Part shown: positions 39,174 to 43,785 of the stretch, in pieces
Position numbering within the stretch: the first letter of the stretch is position 1
Layout of the letters: every line of letters starts with the position of its first letter
Origin: Campylobacterota bacterium
GTDB taxonomy: Bacteria > Campylobacterota > Campylobacteria > Campylobacterales > Sulfurimonadaceae
Reading direction: 5' to 3'
Length of the DNA: 43,785 bases
Assembly (NCBI GenBank): GCA_034660975.1
Contig: JAYEKJ010000019.1
Span: 1-43,785, forward strand
Made by a program: the position numbers and the translations under genes
Notes under the pieces: generated by a model
What the model was told of the DNA's origin: nothing
What the model saw: only the letters and a program-made list of their open reading frames with translations
The model's database searches: none

Positions 39174-40458
39174 TTGTTATCGCCTTAAATACTTTAGCAC
39201 TTGCTTTAATTGCATCTTCAATCATCTCATCAGTAGTTGCAGTTGAGATAAATCCTGTCTCATAAAGTGAACAAGCAAAATAGAATCCTTCATCTAACAT
39301 AGCTGAATGAAATTTAGCAAAAAGTTCAGCATCACTATTACAAGCATCAGCAAAATTTTTAACCGGCTTATCGTTAAAGAAGAATCCAAACATACTTCCT
39401 CTTGTATCTATCTGCATAGTGATACCATAAGATTTAGCAACTTCTTGCATCCCCTCAACAAGTCTTGATGCTCTCTCATTTAAAACTGCCATAACTCTAG
39501 CATTTTGTTTTAATTTACTAAGTGCTGCATATCCTGCTGCCATCGCAACTGGATTTCCACTTAGAGTTCCTGCTTGATAAACTGGACCATCAGGTGAAAG
39601 CATCGCCATTATCTCAGCTCTTGCACCAAAAGCACCAACTGGCATACCACCACCAATAACTTTTCCAAGAGTTATAATATCTGGTTTAACACCAGTGATA
39701 GATTCTGCACCATTTATAGTAGCTCTAAAACCACTCATAACTTCATCAAAAATAAGAAGAGTTCCATTAGCATCACAAAGCTCTCTTAACTCTAGTAAGA
39801 ACTCTTTATCTGCTGGAGCAAGACCCATGTTTCCAGCGATTGGTTCAATAATAATACAAGCAATATCTTTAGAATCTGCAAAACATTTTTTTACAGATTC
39901 TATGTTGTTATACTCTGCTAAAAGTGTATGTTTTGTAAAATCTGCTGGAACACCTGGAGAACTAGGATTCCCAAAAGTTGCAGCACCAGATCCAGCTTCA
40001 ACTAAAAGAGCATCACTATGTCCATGGTAACAACCTGTAAATTTAACTATATCATCACGACCTGTGAATCCACGAGCAAGACGGATAGCACTCATAACAG
40101 CTTCTGTACCACTACTTACAAACCTTACTTTATCAATAGAATCAAAAAACGAAACTACTAATTTTGCAAGTTCAGTTTCCCCAACTGTTGGAGCTCCAAA
40201 ACTAAGACCATGTTTTACAGCTTCAATTACTGCTTTTTCAATAGTTTCATCTCTATGGCCAAAAATAAGTGGTCCCCAACTTTGAACAAAATCAACATAT
40301 TTGTTACCATCAATATCTCTAAGGTAAGCACCCTCCCCCTCTGTAATAAAGATTGGAGTCCCCCCAACACTTTTAAATGCTCTAACTGGCGAGTTAACTC
40401 CACCTGGGATTAGTTGTTGTGCTTCTTGGAACGCTTTTTGTGATGATTCTGTACTCAT
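39166..40458 (-). CDS. hemL: Glutamate-1-semialdehyde 2,1-aminomutase
   Basis: [48 protein letters not shown]. Confidence 0.98.
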   Translation of the reverse strand: MSTESSQKAFQEAQQLIPGGVNSPVRAFKSVGGTPIFITEGEGAYLRDIDGNKYVDFVQSWGPLIFGHRDETIEKAVIEAVKHGLSFGAPTVGETELAKLVVSFFDSIDKVRFVSSGTEAVMSAIRLARGFTGRDDIVKFTGCYHGHSDALLVEAGSGAATFGNPSSPGVPADFTKHTLLAEYNNIESVKKCFADSKDIACIIIEPIAGNMGLAPADKEFLLELRELCDANGTLLIFDEVMSGFRATINGAESITGVKPDIITLGKVIGGGMPVGAFGARAEIMAMLSPDGPVYQAGTLSGNPVAMAAGYAALSKLKQNARVMAVLNERASRLVEGMQEVAKSYGITMQIDTRGSMFGFFFNDKPVKNFADACNSDAELFAKFHSAMLDEGFYFACSLYETGFISTATTDEMIEDAIKASAKVFKAITNG

Positions 40459-40503
40459 TTTTTACCTTAATAATATTTTTCTAAAGAAACTTTTAGTTTT
40501 ATT

Positions 40504-40541
40504 ATTATAGCAAAGTACTATTAATTTTCATTTGCTATAAT
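40504..40541. promoter_or_regulatory. Back-to-back extended -10 promoters for hemL and tonB
   Basis: TGCTATAAT on the minus strand (40504-40512) and on the plus strand (40533-40541). Confidence 0.7.
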
Positions 40542-40564
40542 CGAATAAAATTAAATGGAAAAAC

Positions 40565-41428
40565 TTGACTAGATATACTTTTGCACTTTTTGTAGCACTG
40601 TTAATTCACCTCCTTTTAATAGTTCTATTTTGGGTACTCGGAACTATGGTGCCTGAGTCAAAAAAGCAAATAGAACCCAAAGAGAGTAAGATAATAATAT
40701 CTCTAAAAGATATACCTAAAAAACACAAAGAATCTGCTCCTATAAAAGAGAAGCAAAAACAATCAAAAATCGCACCACCGATACCAAAAGGCTCTCAACT
40801 TAAAAAAATTGTTAAAAAACCACCTATTAAATATAAAGAGCATAAACCAGCAAAAGAGATTAAATTAAATTCAAAACCAAAAGTAGAATCTTCAACTCCT
40901 CCAAAGCCGTATATCCCACTACTAGCAAAGAAGCAAATAAAAGAGCAAAATTTAACAAAAACTACACCCATTAAAAAAGAATCAACTAATCCCCTTTATG
41001 CAATGTTATCACAAGACAAATCTACAAAGGAAGTTAAAAAAAAGCTTTCTAATAATTCACTAAGTAGTAGTATAAATTCAAATATTAAAGAGCTTTATGG
41101 AGAAAAATTTGGTGAGCTTAGTGTTGGGCAACAAGAGTATATTTTAGATAACCAAGAGATTATGAGAAGAATAACGCAACAAGTTCTCACTAGACAAGCA
41201 CAAGTTACTGATTTAAGAAAAATCAATGTTAATAGAGATAATGTTATAGAGTTCTATCTTCATCCAAATGGGGATATGAGTGATTTTAGATTTCTAAAGA
41301 AAACAGGATACTTTGTATTAGATGATATAACTAAAGCTACAATCGATTATGCCTATAGTAAATATCCTCGCCCTAAAGAGAAAACACTCATCAGATATAA
41401 TGTATTTTTTAATCTTTCTAGATACTAA
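40565..41428 (+). CDS. tonB: TonB-family energy transducer
   Basis: N-terminal TM with conserved His (ALLIH), Lys/Pro-rich linker, C-terminal IEFYLHPNG...LD...YPRP. Confidence 0.75.
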   Translation: MTRYTFALFVALLIHLLLIVLFWVLGTMVPESKKQIEPKESKIIISLKDIPKKHKESAPIKEKQKQSKIAPPIPKGSQLKKIVKKPPIKYKEHKPAKEIKLNSKPKVESSTPPKPYIPLLAKKQIKEQNLTKTTPIKKESTNPLYAMLSQDKSTKEVKKKLSNNSLSSSINSNIKELYGEKFGELSVGQQEYILDNQEIMRRITQQVLTRQAQVTDLRKINVNRDNVIEFYLHPNGDMSDFRFLKKTGYFVLDDITKATIDYAYSKYPRPKEKTLIRYNVFFNLSRY

Positions 41429-43229
41429 TTTTGTCTATATTTGAGTGTATATCTTTAACTAATTTTTCATCTATACTACAAGTGATTATACTTTTAGTAT
41501 TATTTATATAGTTATTTATATTAGCCTTAATATCTGAAATTTTTGTTTCACTTAGAATCATAAAATCATCACCTTCCACCCTAAATACAATATTATTTTT
41601 ATAAAAACTATTAAGGTATTTCGCAAACTCTATTAAAAACTGATCACCTTTTTGCCAACTAAACTGTTTATTGTATTTTGAAAAATTATGTAACTGTATG
41701 TTATAGATATATACATCATCTTTATTTATGTAATATCTCAAAATAAGTTCTAAGTAATCTAAAGTAAAAAGCTTAGTTAATTTATCTTTATAAAAATATG
41801 AAAACCTTTGTTCCTCTACAACTGTTTTTGGGTCTTGCGATATTTTGGTATCTACCACTACATCTCTTAGAGCAACGATTGCTGCACTTACTACCTCAGG
41901 ATGAAATTGTATAGCACTTAATTCTTGAAGTTCAGATAATGCTACCGATATAGATTTTCTAGGCTTATACACTCTATTTGTTGTCATAGCATCAAAAGCA
42001 TCTGCAACAATCATAATTCTACTTAAAGGTCTAATCTCATCCCCTTTTAAACCTTGAGGATAACCAGAACCATCAAATTTTTCATGATGTTCTCTCATTA
42101 TTTCTGAAATAACTTTATATTGATCTATTTTTTTTAACATCTCGTAACCAACACTTAAATGTTCTTGAATTAGTTTGTATTCAGTATTATCAAGTTTACT
42201 TGGTTTAAGTAAAATAGAATCGGGTGTTGATATTTTTCCAATGTCATGTAACCACGCAGCATCTCTTAAGAGTTCTATCTCCTCCTTAGAGTAACCCATC
42301 TCAGTGGCAATTAAAACACAATAAGCAGAAACTCGTTTAGTATGTCCTGCTGTATATGAATCTCTAGATTCTATCATATCAATCATAGATAATATGATTT
42401 GTTCTTGATTTTTAACTTTTTCATGTTCTAAAATATTTATCTTATTATGAGCTGTTTTATCTCTAAAAACTGTAACTGAACCAACGATATTGTTATCTAT
42501 AAAAAGAGGAGTTGCTACAATTGAAACATCTAAAAATGAGCCATCTTTTTTAATTAAAACCTCATTTTCATTTTTATATACTTCCCCATTAATCATTGTT
42601 TTATGAACTTTACACTCACTTGCAAATATTGGCTTGTTATCAACATTTTTATAATGTATATAATCGTGTATCAACTTTCCATACAGCTCACCTTTTTTAA
42701 ATCCAAGTAGATTTAATGCTTCATTATTGATAAATGTCGTTTTGTTTTCAAGATCAAGAGTATAGATTCCATCACCTATACTTTGTGCAATATCATAAAA
42801 TCTTTTTTCACTATGAGCTAATTTATTTTTTTGTTCATAAATTTTCAAATAAAGTGTTATTTTATTTAACAGTTGATTATCATCAATAGGCTTTGTTATA
42901 TAATCTATCGCTCCTATCTCAAAGCCATGTTTTATAAACTCCTCATTTTTAAAAATAGCAGTCACAAAAATTATGGGAATATGCTTAGTTTTCTTATTAG
43001 ATTTTATCATTTGTGCTAACTCAAAACCATTAATATCTGGCATCTGAACATCACATAAAATTAAATCTATTGCTTGAGTAAGTAAAACATTTAAAGCTTC
43101 TTTGGCTCCAAGTGCTTCTATGGGGTTAATATTATCTACTGTACTCAGTAGTGCATCTAGTGTATAAAGATTGTTTTTATTATCATCAACACATAAAATA
43201 TTATATTTATTATTGTTTATGCTTGACAC
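41418..43229 (-). CDS. REC-PAS-HD-GYP phosphodiesterase with C-terminal degenerate GGDEF-like segment
   Basis: LCDVQMP (REC), PAS, YTAGHT, LHDIGK, HHEKFDGSGYP, then DKLT...RVEGDDF. Confidence 0.9.
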   Translation of the reverse strand: MSSINNNKYNILCVDDNKNNLYTLDALLSTVDNINPIEALGAKEALNVLLTQAIDLILCDVQMPDINGFELAQMIKSNKKTKHIPIIFVTAIFKNEEFIKHGFEIGAIDYITKPIDDNQLLNKITLYLKIYEQKNKLAHSEKRFYDIAQSIGDGIYTLDLENKTTFINNEALNLLGFKKGELYGKLIHDYIHYKNVDNKPIFASECKVHKTMINGEVYKNENEVLIKKDGSFLDVSIVATPLFIDNNIVGSVTVFRDKTAHNKINILEHEKVKNQEQIILSMIDMIESRDSYTAGHTKRVSAYCVLIATEMGYSKEEIELLRDAAWLHDIGKISTPDSILLKPSKLDNTEYKLIQEHLSVGYEMLKKIDQYKVISEIMREHHEKFDGSGYPQGLKGDEIRPLSRIMIVADAFDAMTTNRVYKPRKSISVALSELQELSAIQFHPEVVSAAIVALRDVVVDTKISQDPKTVVEEQRFSYFYKDKLTKLFTLDYLELILRYYINKDDVYIYNIQLHNFSKYNKQFSWQKGDQFLIEFAKYLNSFYKNNIVFRVEGDDFMILSETKISDIKANINNYINNTKSIITCSIDEKLVKDIHSNIDKISI

Positions 43230-43785
43230 ACTCTATTCCTACCACTATTTTTTGCTTCATAAAGTGCTAAATCTGCTCGTTTTATCATACTCTCTAGTGT
43301 GTCATTAAATTCAAACTCAGTTATACCAAAACTACAAGTCAACTCTTTAACAACATCGAACTCCTCTTTCTCTATATTAACTCTTAAATTATTTGCTATC
43401 TCAACACCTTTACTTAGATTCACATCAAAAGCAAGAACAAACTCCTCCCCACCCCATCTAGCAAACACATCACTATCTCTAATATGTTCTTTAATCAATT
43501 TTGCAATATTAATTAAAACATTATCCCCAACTAAATGTCCATAGGTATCATTAACTTTTTTAAAATAATCAATATCTAGTATTATAAATACAAAAGTTTT
43601 TTGCTCTTTTTTAAAACTATTTATTTTTGTTTTCATAAGAGTATGAAACATATTTCGATTATATATTTGAGTTAATTTATCATAGTTTGCCTCATGTTGA
43701 TACTCTAGTGATTGTTGTGAAATTTGTGTTATATCTGTAAGGGTAACTATATATTGATTAGCAAAACTTGCAGCTTTAATATTAA
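43217..43785 (-). CDS. Diguanylate cyclase, 5'-truncated by the window edge
   Basis: Frame stays open to the window end (...YDKLTQIYNR...), DIDYFKKVND, RDSD I-site, RWGGEEF. Confidence 0.92.
   Translation of the reverse strand, partial: NIKAASFANQYIVTLTDITQISQQSLEYQHEANYDKLTQIYNRNMFHTLMKTKINSFKKEQKTFVFIILDIDYFKKVNDTYGHLVGDNVLINIAKLIKEHIRDSDVFARWGGEEFVLAFDVNLSKGVEIANNLRVNIEKEEFDVVKELTCSFGITEFEFNDTLESMIKRADLALYEAKNSGRNRVCQA

Noticed and set aside
40504-40541. 11-bp inverted repeat as operator or terminator
   Set aside because: Fully explained by two divergent TGCTATAAT extended -10 elements
3638-43544. Short antisense or alternate-frame ORFs in the track (e.g. 3638, 5049, 7677, 9442, 9773, 11911, 15532, 16201, 18218, 20324, 22355, 23038, 25475, 34718, 35366, 36259, 37182, 37225, 39695, 40064, 40210, 43299)
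   Set aside because: They lie within or across well-supported genes and show no recognisable motifs; treated as shadow ORFs
1-43785. CRISPR array, rRNA or IS transposase
   Set aside because: No regularly spaced repeat-spacer array, rRNA-like segment or transposase motif seen; intergenic spaces are too short

Overview
AT-rich chromosomal window from a member of the Campylobacterota, most like Sulfurimonas. That assignment is inferred from gene content, gene order and the sigma54/extended -10 promoter style, not from a database search. Bases 1-4712 are the right end of an integrated phage-satellite-like element: iteron-like repeats, an SF3 helicase, an AlpA/Xis HTH protein, an unknown cargo gene and a tyrosine integrase, ending at a duplicated tRNA 3' end (probably tRNA-Glu). 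The rest is mostly housekeeping genes (gltX2, mobB, fbp, metG, pepA, dapD, tRNA-Leu, trmL, purU, leuB/leuD, flgF/flgG, rpoD, hemL, tonB) with several notable modules. (i) A B12-dependent glutamate mutase operon (S-E-L) ends in an adenylating ligase and has no methylaspartate ammonia-lyase, suggesting biosynthetic use of 3-methylaspartate; this is my best candidate for an undescribed system. (ii) A TonB-dependent receptor/YfiR/hybrid kinase/HD-GYP cassette looks like a trans-envelope signalling chain. (iii) A stand-alone CI/LexA-like repressor has two visible operators and faces an unannotated 24-aa ORF. (iv) A small ribbon-helix-helix gene is preceded by a perfect 28-bp palindrome. All product calls come from motifs I recognised by eye.
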